From Gordius albopunctatus (taxonomy: Eukaryota), in contig OZ193910.1 of NCBI GenBank assembly GCA_964276515.1, positions 5,270,001 through 5,334,000 of the forward strand: a stretch of DNA of 64,000 bases, given 5' to 3'. The position numbers and the translations under genes are program-made. The notes beneath the pieces are model-generated. The model did not search any database, was not told where the DNA came from, and saw only the letters and a program-made list of their open reading frames with translations. This document shows, piece after piece, positions 11,624-23,800 of the stretch. The stretch's first letter is position 1. Every line of letters begins with the position of its first letter.

Positions 11624-13005
11624 GTTAATACCATGGATAATATGACTTTTTGACCGTCCGCAGGCTACTGACCAATGGAAAAATGACCATTGGCCAAATA
11701 AATCTAAATTTTTCGTTTTTGAATATGTTAACATTGATAATTACCCTATGCCCTCCCCTACAAGGGCCTATGCCTCTATGGGTCCCTGTGCTACAAAGGC
11801 TTATGCCTCTATTTAATGTGGGTTCGAATCCCGGCGAGGGCAATTTTTTTTTAATTAAATGGAAAATTTGCATAAATAATTACCTAATCCTTTTGCATTT
11901 AATACCCTTCTATAGGCATTTCTGCCCCTTCCGACCTTTCTCACCCATAAATTGCATAGCAAATATGCTTCGTTTATACGGAGTATAGATGAGTTTCGTT
12001 CCCCCTTCCCTTCCCCCCTTCCCACGAGGGCCGAAGGCCCGAGTTTTTTATTAATAAATTAAAAGATCATTTTATATTTGGTGGACACAGTGGTTTTAAT
12101 ATAGTTGTAAAAATTTAATACACATAAAATATTAACTATATTATATAATTTTTTAAAATTCGATAGTTTTAAATAAAAATTATTAATTATTAGTTATTTT
12201 AAAATATCAATTGATGGAATGTGCAAATGCCAATGGCACGTTGCATTAAATTATTTATCGAGGTTTTGTCATTTAATAAAGAAATGGTGCCAAAATATAA
12301 TTCAAAATTTAAGGCCTATGAATATTTCCAATAAATTGGGGAATATATTATTATATGTTAATTGGGTCAGGAATAGTTGTCACATAGAGTCGAGATCAAG
12401 ATTCGTCTAGGAGAGACGAGACAACGTAATTCACTTAATTGCACCCATGACAAGGCAAGTTAAAAACATCGAACCGTTCTTTTGGTGATTTCACGATTTA
12501 TAAAATAGATTATCGAAGTCTGATCGTGAAACTTTATCGCTCATTTTAGTCCGTATATTGTCAGCACCAAAATAAAATATAGTGACTGATACTTTAAATA
12601 AACAAATAAAATACACAATACTGAAACTCAATAACATCAAAACCAGCCTAGGTTAATTATATACTTAAAACATAAATAAGATATGAAAATGAAGTATGAG
12701 GTTGTTAACATTGATTGATAGGTAAGTACAAGACAGTAATTAATAATTATTCAAATGATGTTGGAAATAAAATAGTCATATCGCTCCTGGATAACGACCA
12801 TAAAAAGAATTTTAAAACATATTTAAGCCACAAATTTGTCATAAGTATTGTGTAGGTCTTACTTATAAAATCTTTATTTTGATTATATTCGTGATTCTCC
12901 TACTTGTATATATCTTCAATTGTCCCAGTGGCGATATAAATTTAAATTCTATTTAATGTGGCGCCCAAATTTTAGAGTCTAAATTTTTAATTTCGTAGTT
13001 TATAA

Positions 13006-16000
13006 ATGGGGATTTACCTTTCGCACCCTAATATTGTTAAGGAGTCATCAGATGTAGATTCTGTTAAGTTTTTTAGTGGCTGTTCTTCTATGCAAGGATG
13101 GAGAAGCTCACAAGAAGTAAAAATATATTGTTTTTAATAATTGATTATAGGATGCTCATAATATGATTCCTGACTTTGGTATGGATAATGCTTTATTTGC
13201 AGTTTATGATGGTCATGGAGGTAGGTTTAACCACATATAATTTTATTATTTCTAGGGTCTGAAGTTGCAAAATATACAGCCTTACATTTTCCAAACTATT
13301 TAAAAAAGTGTGAAAAGGATGATATTAGTAAAATTAAACAATAGCCAATATTATTCTAAATAGCTATGGAAAAATATTTACAGGATGCATTTTTATCATT
13401 TGATTTGACATTAAAAGATCCATCAAATCTGAAAGAGCTACAAAAATTATCAGGCCAATCTGATGATGAGTCAGTAAATGACAAAGGTAGTTTATATATT
13501 TATTTTTGAATATGTTTATATAAGTATATTTTTAGTTATTGTGAAAATATTTGTTATATTATAGATAACCAAAGCAATCAGTCAGAAGCAAAGGAAAACC
13601 ACCAATTAAAATTAACTGGGGATACACCAATTTCTGCAAAAATTTCAAAATCAAAGAAAATTCAAACCATTTTATTTTCTCCGCATTTATTATCTAAAAA
13701 AGTAGGATCTCTAAATAATTTAACTTGGCAATTTTTATCTAATTTACTTCAAAAATCTGATTATTTTAGAGAAACAAATTATTTGGAGATTTAGAAGATA
13801 TTAAAGAAAATAGTGCAAGCACTAATTTGAATAAAATTAAGGAAAGTGGAGATTCCTTACTTAATGATGAGAGTGTAAATTCTGGTCCTTCTACATCATC
13901 TGGTTTAAATGGTAATAAATTTATTACACTAGTTGAAAAATCAAAAATTAGGTTTTTATATCACATTACTCACTTTTAACTCACATATTATACTAAAGTA
14001 AAAAATAATTTCACATATCCAAGAATTTTATTAATTAAAATTAAACGATTGAAATATTTTTTACAAACCGTTAATATAAATTATGCATAAAATAAGTTTT
14101 TATTCAAAATTTGACATAGGAAATTGACAAACATTAGGATACTGAAAGCTCTTAATAATTTATGTTAATTATTCTTAAGTAGTACCAATGCATAATTTAG
14201 CACATCATTATATATATGGTGTGTGCAAAGGTCCATTATTTACATACCTAAGGTGCAAGTTCTATTAATTAACATATATAATATATTATTGTTGTATCCT
14301 TTGCTTTAATAAAATACAATAGGGTAGGTACTTTACTACTTTTTAAATTTGAAAGTTTTTTACTCATGTCAATTGAGCACTTAGTGTAGTAAATATATTA
14401 ACCAAAGCAAAATTTGGTATTAATGAATTATATATTATTTTTGCACTTTGGTCATATCATCAATTATTTGTTATCAATTTGTAAACCATATGCTAATACA
14501 ATAGGTTGTTATTTTTTGACATTTTGGTTTGTGAAATATAAACTTATTTCTTATCCTAGAATCAAGTTTCTTTGCAAATGAATCATTCATAACCCCAAAA
14601 GAAGCAGAAGCTCTACGAGAAGAAGCTAAACTGCCCATTGAAGTTTTAGCAGAAAAATACAAAAATCAAAATGGTATTTTCAAATTTAAATTACAATGTT
14701 TTTTCCTTATAAAAACATAACATTTTTTGTCACTAATTTCTGCACTCAAATTTTTGTGTGAATCCTTATAACCTTTATGGTTGCAGCACTTAATATATAA
14801 TATATGTTGCTATAATTACCTGGCTTCTGTCAAATTTCCATATTTAAACTTAGAAACATGACAAAGAGGAATAATAACTATCGCAAATTATTTTATTTTG
14901 CATTTGACTTTAAAATCTAAATCGTAGCTTCTATAAATAAGCAACTTAGTGCCTAGCTATATAATTTTCTTTGGGCCAAGTTTGATGTTACCCTTTTCAT
15001 TACTTTGAGCTTGGTTTGACGTTTTTTAAATTTAAAGTATAAGGCAAATATTAACACAAACTTGATTGCTATTCATTTCTAAATTTAAAACATGGATAAG
15101 CATGAAGATAAGAATCGAATTTCTCTTACTATAAATTAATATTTTTTGCCTCAAACTATTACTAAAATTAATTAAAATAATTAATGGTTAAAAATGAACA
15201 GGGGTGAAGGAGGCTGGAGTTTAGAAGCTATATCATGTAGACTGAAAAAAATATTTAATATTTACAGAATTAGGCTTATTTAAAACACATTTTTATTAAT
15301 GTTTTGGCTTGGGTATGCTTTGGACTGATGGAGCCCAGCCTACCCTTTTCAGCCTGGCTTCTGGCAGCCCGTGTAGGGCTCTAAAATTTAAAACAAATTT
15401 TATAAACTTTCAACATCTCGAAAAAATTATATGCATCCCTAGTCTTATATAAATTTTTGTTTGATTCCTTTTTCAAAAACAAAAGAAGAGGTGGGTGATG
15501 GTGACAGCTCGTTGCAGGCACGACTAAGCACTACCCATTCGCTCCTCTCTGAAACGACAAAGTGCATGCTGATATGTGAAACCGGCGATCGATCGGCGGC
15601 GAGCTGTAGTAAAGATGAGCCAAACTCAACAGGATCTGATGATGAAGAAAATGACGAAGATTTTGAACTTTCTTCCATCGATGAAGAGGATGATAGTGAA
15701 GATGAATATAGTAGCAATGAAGATCAATCGGATCATGTTGTTAAGGGTGAAAATGACGAAAAGTAAAATGCTTTTACTATGAAGATGTTGGTATAGGGCC
15801 TGGGGAAGGTGGCCTGGCATTCATTATGCAAATGTTAGTTGGTAGGAATGTTGTAAAAGTGGGTGGGTTTTGCTTGGTTGACCTCTCGTTTTTGTCGGAT
15901 ATTCATCAACAAACTAAGCATTTTTTAGGCAAACCTTTGGTCCATCGACTAAACATTAGCAAATCAACAATTTTTTGGTATGCATTTTCTTAATCCTCCT

Positions 16001-19000
16001 CCAAATAGACCAAAGGTTTGACCTAAAAATTAAATTTGGCCTTCTTGTGTTTAGTCGACTACGTTTTTACAACAATAGTGGGTAGGAATGTTGTAAAAAT
16101 ACACGTGAGCCTCTTTACATAGCGTACTAACCTTAGTTTTTCTTGTTTTTACCTCCTCCGTATTTTATATCTAATATATAATAAACTACTGCATTATTAC
16201 AAACCTAGCTAAATTATTATATACGGCTCTAAATTTTGTTTTTAACGTGTAGAATGGAGACTAGTAAGTCATTGGAGGAACCAGTTGGGGAGGGAAAAGG
16301 GGGGAAAGATGAATTATCGGAAGTTAATCACGTAGATGCTGGAAAATCAAAAAGGGATAAGCTCGATAGCGATGCAGGACTTGGCAAATCTAATGGGCAT
16401 TTGATAGGACCCGAGGACGATCATTGCACGCCCTCCCCCAGCAAAAAGCTCAAATTTGACCCCGACACTAAAAGGGAATCATCGATAGTACGTTTATATT
16501 CCAAAATGTGTTCTTAATCGCATAACCTATTTGTTAAGTTAATTCATACGTAGCCTTGCCTTAAACGTGAAATTTCTTTTTTAATATTGTTATGTTTTAG
16601 ATATTTGACTTCAATTGGCATGCTTTTACAATTTCTAAACAAACTTATTATCATAATTTTAAATATTTCCATTCTTTATAGCAATGATAATTTAATCATT
16701 GTCGAACTATAGTTTCTAAACACTTTGACCAGTTTTATTGTTGTATTTAATGGTGATTATCTGACTTCATAATATAAAATAGTATGAAAATTCTGAAAAG
16801 TAACAAGTAATTTACACTGGTGTTGAAAAGCGATATAACACAACAGGTGCCCGGTCCTCAAAAAATAGGATATACGCCCGCCGCACCAGGACTCCCAGAC
16901 ATCTAATACACATATTAGTTTTAATTCACCCTTTTACTTTATCTTGTAAATAAAATTTGAAAAAATAAATTTTAGTTTTGACTTTTTTATCAGGACCCCA
17001 AAGTCAAGTTGAACGGTCATGCGGAGTGTGAAGAGGGGACATCAACTCTCAAGACTGAGAAGGAGGACGGACAAGCCATGTCCGACAGTGAAGGAGGGGA
17101 CAACGATTCTGGTGAGGATGAAGAAGAAGAGGACGAATCGATGTGTTTTGACGTGGCTGAGCACAACGAAAAGTTGTTTGCGAAACTCGAGGGTGCCATG
17201 GAAAAGGTATGGGCCGCCGTGTATTGTGTTGTGGGGATGTTGCGTTTGTGTATTGTTATTATTGGGTTTTTGAGATGGGTTGAATATATGCGATATATTT
17301 GTAGATAGATGTCGTTATTTTGGCGTCACTAGAATGTGTTTAGATATATTATATTGGTAGACATGGATTAACAATGTGATTATAAGTATAAAAGTGCGCT
17401 GCCGTTGGTGGAGAGTAAGGTTTTTTAGGCAAGGTTGTCAGCTTTTATAGATGTACCATAATTTCTGTTCAGAAGCTTCCAAAAATGTATTATTACCTTG
17501 GCTCTTTGATAAAATAAGGGTAAAAGGTTATTCTTTACTCTATTGAACAAAATCCTCAAACGTTCGTGTTTAAATTTTTGCGGTTACAATAGTAAAAACC
17601 ATATTGTAATTTAAAATTACCAACTTCACAATGTTATGGCTCGACTCGCTATCAAATTTCAATAGTCAAAAGTTTGGGATTTTCACAAAAAATATTTCTA
17701 TATGGCGATATAATAATTTATTTAAAAAACTTATTACGATGTTTGTATCAGAGACCAGAAATGCTCGGCCCGCTGCCCGCCCGGTCCCCGGGTCGGACAA
17801 CTGTCGTAAATTTTGACTTTCGGGCGGGCCCCGACCGGCACCATAACACGATTCGGGCTCAATGTTGTTTTTGAGATTTTATATCATATTGTTTTTGTAT
17901 ATAATTTGTCACTTTTTAATTTGATTTAATAATATAACGATAATAGTGCTAAAAATTCTAAAACCGACCATTACGGGCCGGGCGGGCATATCAATTATTA
18001 AACCGGGCGGGTTTGGGCACAAAAATTCTAACAAATCTCACCTCTGGTTTGTATTCTATTAACTTGCAAATTTATAAAGAATACTTGGAAATTAGACTCC
18101 TCGGCAATTTTTAAGTCCCAGATTGTCATTATATTTGTGAGCAGCCCGCTTACGATTCCGGTTGCACGGCGGTTGTGTGTTTGCTGCGAGGCTCGACCAT
18201 GTATGTTGCCAACGTCGGTGATTCCCGGTGCATCGTTAGTTGTGATGGCGTAGCTCATGACATGTCCATCGACCACAAACCCGAAGATAAGGTTTGTCGA
18301 CCTTTTGAAATAAATTTTTGTAAACCTTTACCTTGGTTTTATAATTTTTTGGGATTTTGTTATCTTAGCTGCTTTATTATGCACTTTTGCGTACTATGAA
18401 AGCCCTTTAATTATTTAGACAGTTGTTACGCTCACTGTCTCTTATCTAGGTTTGTTACAGGGGAGATATCGATGACGAAACAATTTTTAACTACACTAAA
18501 ATAAAAATTAAGTTAAATCGTTTTTACCTATGGACACTGACTGGTTAGCTTAATTTTGTCCTTTTTACTGTAACTAAAAATTCCCTGTATGTTATATTTC
18601 AGATCGAACGGGATAGGATTGAAGGTGCCGGAGGAGTTGTAACTGAAGATGGGCGTGTCAACGAAGGACTTAACCTTTCTAGGGCATTGGGTATCTTTTC
18701 CAGAATAAATTAAGGCCTTCGTTGAGTGCTCATTAATGTACTTCATTAAGATGGTCTTTAAGCTTGGGCAAATGTTTGTTTTCCTTCATAAAATTTATTT
18801 CGTTGGGTATATAAAACCTCATTGAATTTTATAGTCCTCATGTATTAAAATATAAAAACTAAAAAACCCATTATTTTTGGAAGTTTGGAATCGATGGTTC
18901 AAAATCTTAAATTTGTTTAACTTGAAAATTAAGTGAAGATTTTAAAATGTTTTGTGAAGCACATTTTTTCCATGGGCGCCTTCTTTTTAATTATAACTAA

Positions 19001-19844
19001 GCTTCTACCCATTTATACTATCACTCGAATCGATCGGAAAGCCATTGTAATTAAACCCAACCCCCTTTAAATTAAATTGATGTGCGTGTTGTATTTTGCT
19101 ATCAAGGCGACCATAGCTACAAAGAGGTGGCTGGGTTAAGCGCGGAAAAACAAATGATCTCACCGCTGCCCGACGTAACGGAACTTAAACTGACGTCCAA
19201 GCATCACTTCATAGTCATTGCATGCGATGGGATATGGTATTTAATTAAATTTATGTTTTGATAAGCATACTCCAATTACTTTTTTTCCCTTTAGGAATTC
19301 TATGTCGAGTCAAGAAGTGGTGGATTTTGTGGAACAGAGGAGGCACAAATACGCCGATAAACCTTCTAAAATATGTGAAGAGGTATGTTGTAAATAGATA
19401 TATGAGGGGATTATAAAGTTAAGCACTTAAATATTTTGATTGGAGACTCCCAAGCATTTTGATAAGGCCTTAAACACACAAAAAACAGTTTTTAGTTAGC
19501 AAGTTACATTATTATCAAATTTTGTATAAGAAATCTCTCAGTTCCTAGATCTCATTATTAATATGGATTTGCATTGACAAATTACAGAGGTGGAAATTCA
19601 GCTCCATAACATTTAGAGACAGTATTGGCTGTTGTGCTTGTACATCTTTTGTTCAGTCACCTATGGCAAACTCCTAAGAAAAATTATTTTAAATATTTTA
19701 TTTTTTATACCTGATATAATTTTACGTTTTTAGCTGTTTGACCGTTGCCTAGCGCCCGATACGACGGGAGATGGAACTGGGTGCGATAATATGACGTGCA
19801 TAATAGTTCTACTTAAGGAAGGTGCGTTCCCAGTCGAAGCATAG
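13006..19844 (+). CDS. PPM1G: Protein phosphatase 2C gamma (PPM1G-like) with a long acidic insert; 15 coding exons
   Basis: Phase-consistent GT-AG exons: 13006-13116, 13151-13220, 13256-13327, 13364-13486, 13565-13701, 13770-13911, 14560-14673, 15486-15762, 16253-16487, 16994-17207, 18145-18291, 18603-18690, 19107-19236, 19295-19382, 19734-19844. Motifs [58 protein letters not shown] and [10 protein letters not shown]. Confidence 0.95.
17749..18046. mobile_element. hAT-type MITE in a PPM1G intron
   Basis: CAGAG...CTCTG ends, perfect 8-bp TSD GTTTGTAT and GCCCG subterminal repeats. Related fragment at about 62345-62600. Confidence 0.8.
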
Positions 19845-20817
19845 ATGATGACTACCACTTTCAACGATAAATTTCAGCATCATTTATTTCACAATAAATG
19901 TACAAATTGTATCATATCATTAATCTCACATATCTCCCCCCCCCGATCTAATTAAAATATGTATATTATATTGATATTTCGATAAGCCTTGTAAAATTTT
20001 TAATTTACCCTACGATTTATATATTTGTATTTTATACCCCATACTCAGATTTTTACCTGACTTACCACTTTACATCTAATTTTAACTACATCATCTGATA
20101 TGCACACCCAATATCACATCGTTTGTGAGAGATTAATTGTTAAAACACGTTTATTTCTATCGCCTACGATTCATATACCAACTGGTCAAATAATAAAAAC
20201 GTTCCATTTTAATCAACCATTGTAAGTTGGTTGATATATTTTTATCCACCTAAAATAAATTTAGATCTTTAAAATACTTGCGCATAAGTCATTTTCTCAT
20301 GATTTAAAAGATATAATAAATTTTATCTACTAAGTTAAGATAAACAAAATAAGCTCATCATTGACAACCCTAATAAAAAAAAGTACACAACCTTCGTTGA
20401 GTTGATTTGCAAATTTATTTCATATATATTTGATTCGGGCAACAAATTATTGCATCGAGACAACTTTTTTTATTTGTTAAAAAGTATCTACAAATGATGC
20501 TCACATCATATATATAAATTAACAAGCACAACGTCTTTGTTATAAATATTCATATTGTATATAAATAGCAACTTGATATTGATATTAGGGTCAAAATAGT
20601 TTGTAAAATGCCTCGACAATGGGGCAAGGCGTTGCGTAATTGTTCATTGTGGTGAGAGATTATGTGCGATGATTTATAAAGCTTAATACACACACGCGCG
20701 TAGCTCAATTTATACATATGAATTTAATAAAAAGCGGATAGCTCGGGAAATGGCGTTGTGATGTAGAGATTATGATGATGTTGGTAATGGAATGGGTTGC
20801 GAACCAACAAGAGAGCT

Positions 20818-23800
20818 TTAGCAATGACTATTTTCGTGCCCAGCCAAAATGTAGAGATTACAGGTGCTAGATAAGGGTTCGGGTGTGGGTCTACTCTCCA
20901 ACACAACCACTTTATCCGACCCCAACAAACGAAATAAGCGAGTGGCGTCCGTTATTTCTTGCGTTATCTGCGTGATGTTGACCAACAAATAAGTTGTTTT
21001 AAACAATAACATAAAATTCGGTGTACTTTTACATTTTTATTCAAAAACGTGATAAAAAACATAAACCAAAACGAATATTTAAATTCATTGCATTAATAAA
21101 ATCTTTAAAGATTTTTTAACCTGGCCATTGAGGTCTGTTGAATGAACTCAGAAAAAGTTAATTAAACCGAGGTTATAAGTGTACGGAAATTTTTGCAGTG
21201 ATGTAAAATTTGAGACAAGCCCTAAAAGATAATAATTTTGTTGAGATATTAAGTTAGAACACGCAACAGTCGCGCGATCAAAAGTCAAAATATGAAAGAG
21301 GAGGCCAAAAGATGTCCATGGCATTGATCCGTGTGGCCGTAATTGCGTTTGAAACTTAAAATTTACAGGGAAAGCTTTCCCCTGTCTATTTTGCCCCTTG
21401 TCTATCGCAAATAAATATTTTGAAAGTTTAACATTTTTGCATTTGTCTTTGCTAATAAAACATTATTATGCTAAAACATGTTGATTTTTATTTAAAAATA
21501 AAGAGAGTAACAATCGCAAGTTACTTCGTTAGCTTTGAAACTCCTTCCTTGCATACCGTGTTGATGAAATGCCAAGACGCTGTCGGACAGGCATACTGTA
21601 AAAGCCATGATAAAAAAGGTCATGATGCATTTATTATTAAAACTAAGATTGACAAAATCAATTATATAATAGCGTATCAGGCGCTAGGCAAGTTAAAAAG
21701 TAATACCTTACGCACAAACGCCCTATGCATACCACCATAGGCGTAGCCAAGGGGGGTGGGCAGGGAGGGTGGCTGCTCCCCTCCAAATCCAAATTATGCC
21801 TAAAATTTTAAAAAATAATCATTCTGCCGCTCGCTAAATCAGTCTCAATGCAGGTTACACCCATTCATACCCACCCCCCCCCCACTTCTATTATTTTGTC
21901 GTCGCGTTGCAACAAATATTAATATTTAAAAAATTTCCCATCAAAAACATGCATTCCTTTATTTTAAAGCTTTAGATAAACTTTAAGGTACTGCTGGGGC
22001 GTGCCAGGGGGGTGACAATAAAAATGGGGTAGACCTAGATTCTTAACTTATAGCATCATTACCTATGGCTTCTACCGTAAAATCGAATTTAAGGTTGGTT
22101 GCGAAGGGAGAGGAATTATTTTTGTCGGGTTCTTGATTATCTTTGTCCGGCTCAAGATGGATGTTAGGATGAGACATGCACTTCCCACTTCTCAGATTTA
22201 TAATTTTCACGTTTTCTACCAATTATCAAGATTCGGTTATTGATTCAATTGATAAAAAATGAAAGTATTTATCGAAATTACGATTATAGCAAATGAGCAA
22301 GGAATTCTTATCCAACTGCGTCACGTTTACAACATCGACCGGCATTTCTTCCCCAGAGTATTTATCTGCATTCAAAATATTTCATTACACAATTAAATAA
22401 TTTTTAAAAAATTAACAAGCCATCATATTTTACATTCCTTTGATATTATTTAAAATTTTCACAGCTAAAATCAATAACTTTTATGAAATATAAAGCATCT
22501 ACTTTGTAAAATAATCATCCAAAAAATACACAATAATTAAAATTATTACCTGTAAACCAAATTGGGCTGGCATTTAAATCAACCATATTAATGGTAAGTT
22601 TATCGGGTAACGAATCAGACAACCCGTTCATCTGAGGCCTTATATAAATGAACGAGATGACATTATAAACGTTTTGCTACTAACAAATAATCAATTATAT
22701 CACTTTAAATCAAATTAGAGGTCTGCATGGGCCGAAATTTCGGGGTCAGGCCCGGCCCATACCCGCACAAATATTTTTTTACCCATACCCGCCCCGCAAA
22801 AAACAACAAAAAATGGGCCGCATCAGGCCCGCACGAGAAAAAAGCTTCAGTGTTTTCAAAAAAATTTACTTTACAGAAACAATTTTGCATGTAGGAAAAA
22901 AATTATTATAGCATATAAAAACGATATTAATAAAAAAATTATAATTCAATATTGTCATTTAAAAATAATAAACTGTCTATTCTATCAGGTAGTAGTCTTG
23001 TTCTTCTTTGTTCTATTAGGCGACTTGCCTTACTAAACGTGCGTTCACTTGTAGCGCTTGTGGCTGGAATTGCCAAAAACTGTACAGCTAACTTTGCCAA
23101 ATTAGGTAGGATAAGTTCGTGTTCTTTCCACCATGAAATAACATCAAGCTCAACCTCTTCCGGTTTAAGATTTAATTTAACATAAGTATCAACTTCATTG
23201 CTCTCCTCAACCTGCTCTCTTTCATCGTCCTCCCAAACGGAGATATCCATATCGACTTCACCAATAGCTAATTGCCTACATACCTGAGCTGAATTGCTGA
23301 TAGATGGACGACTGATGCAAGAATAGCTAGGATTTTCTTGCATTAATTTATTTAAAGTTTGTGTTACCATGATTTTAACAAGAATTCTTTCATCCTCAGG
23401 TAACATTTTGAGGTTGCGGAATTTTGGAGCTAGAAATGTTGATATCTTATGATATACGTCAATTTCGAACTTTGAGATCAGCATAGTTTTAGCCCTGGTT
23501 TTTAATTTATAAATTTCTAATTCAACAGGATCACTATTAGTAGGAGATGGAGGCGTATTTGGTATGGCTTTTAAGGATGTATAATAGGGTAAAACTTTAT
23601 ACAATGTTGGGACTTTATCCGCTTCTAATTCCATGCTTGCCTTTTCATAAGGCGAAAGCAGAGCAATTAGCAAAATAATATGCTTTTTTGAAATCCCTTC
23701 AAGTTTTTCCATTAAATCCTTGCCAGATAAAAAATTGATTATTTCATCATACAGCTCATGCAAACTTTTTAACATTATGATTTTGGAATTCCATCTGGTC

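Larger units (their letters stand above)
7058..12050 (+). mobile_element. DINE-1/HINE-like non-autonomous Helentron derivative with a central tandem array and two nested DNA transposons
   Basis: Subterminal inverted repeat TTGCTATGCAATTTATGGG (7061) / CCCATAAATTGCATAGCAA (11944). GTCC-type microsatellite at about 7097-7115. Complex central repeats. 3' hairpin GGGCC-GAA-GGCCC at about 12028-12040 followed by a T-run. Confidence 0.7.

Noticed and set aside
7329..11988. Short ORFs in the repeat array (7329-7514, 7802-8250, 11625-11988)
   Set aside because: They are translations of non-coding tandem units, with frames not conserved between copies.
15445..17273. Antisense and alternate-frame ORFs over the PPM1G acidic exons
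   Set aside because: These are shadow ORFs of low-complexity GAT/GAA-rich coding sequence with no independent motifs.
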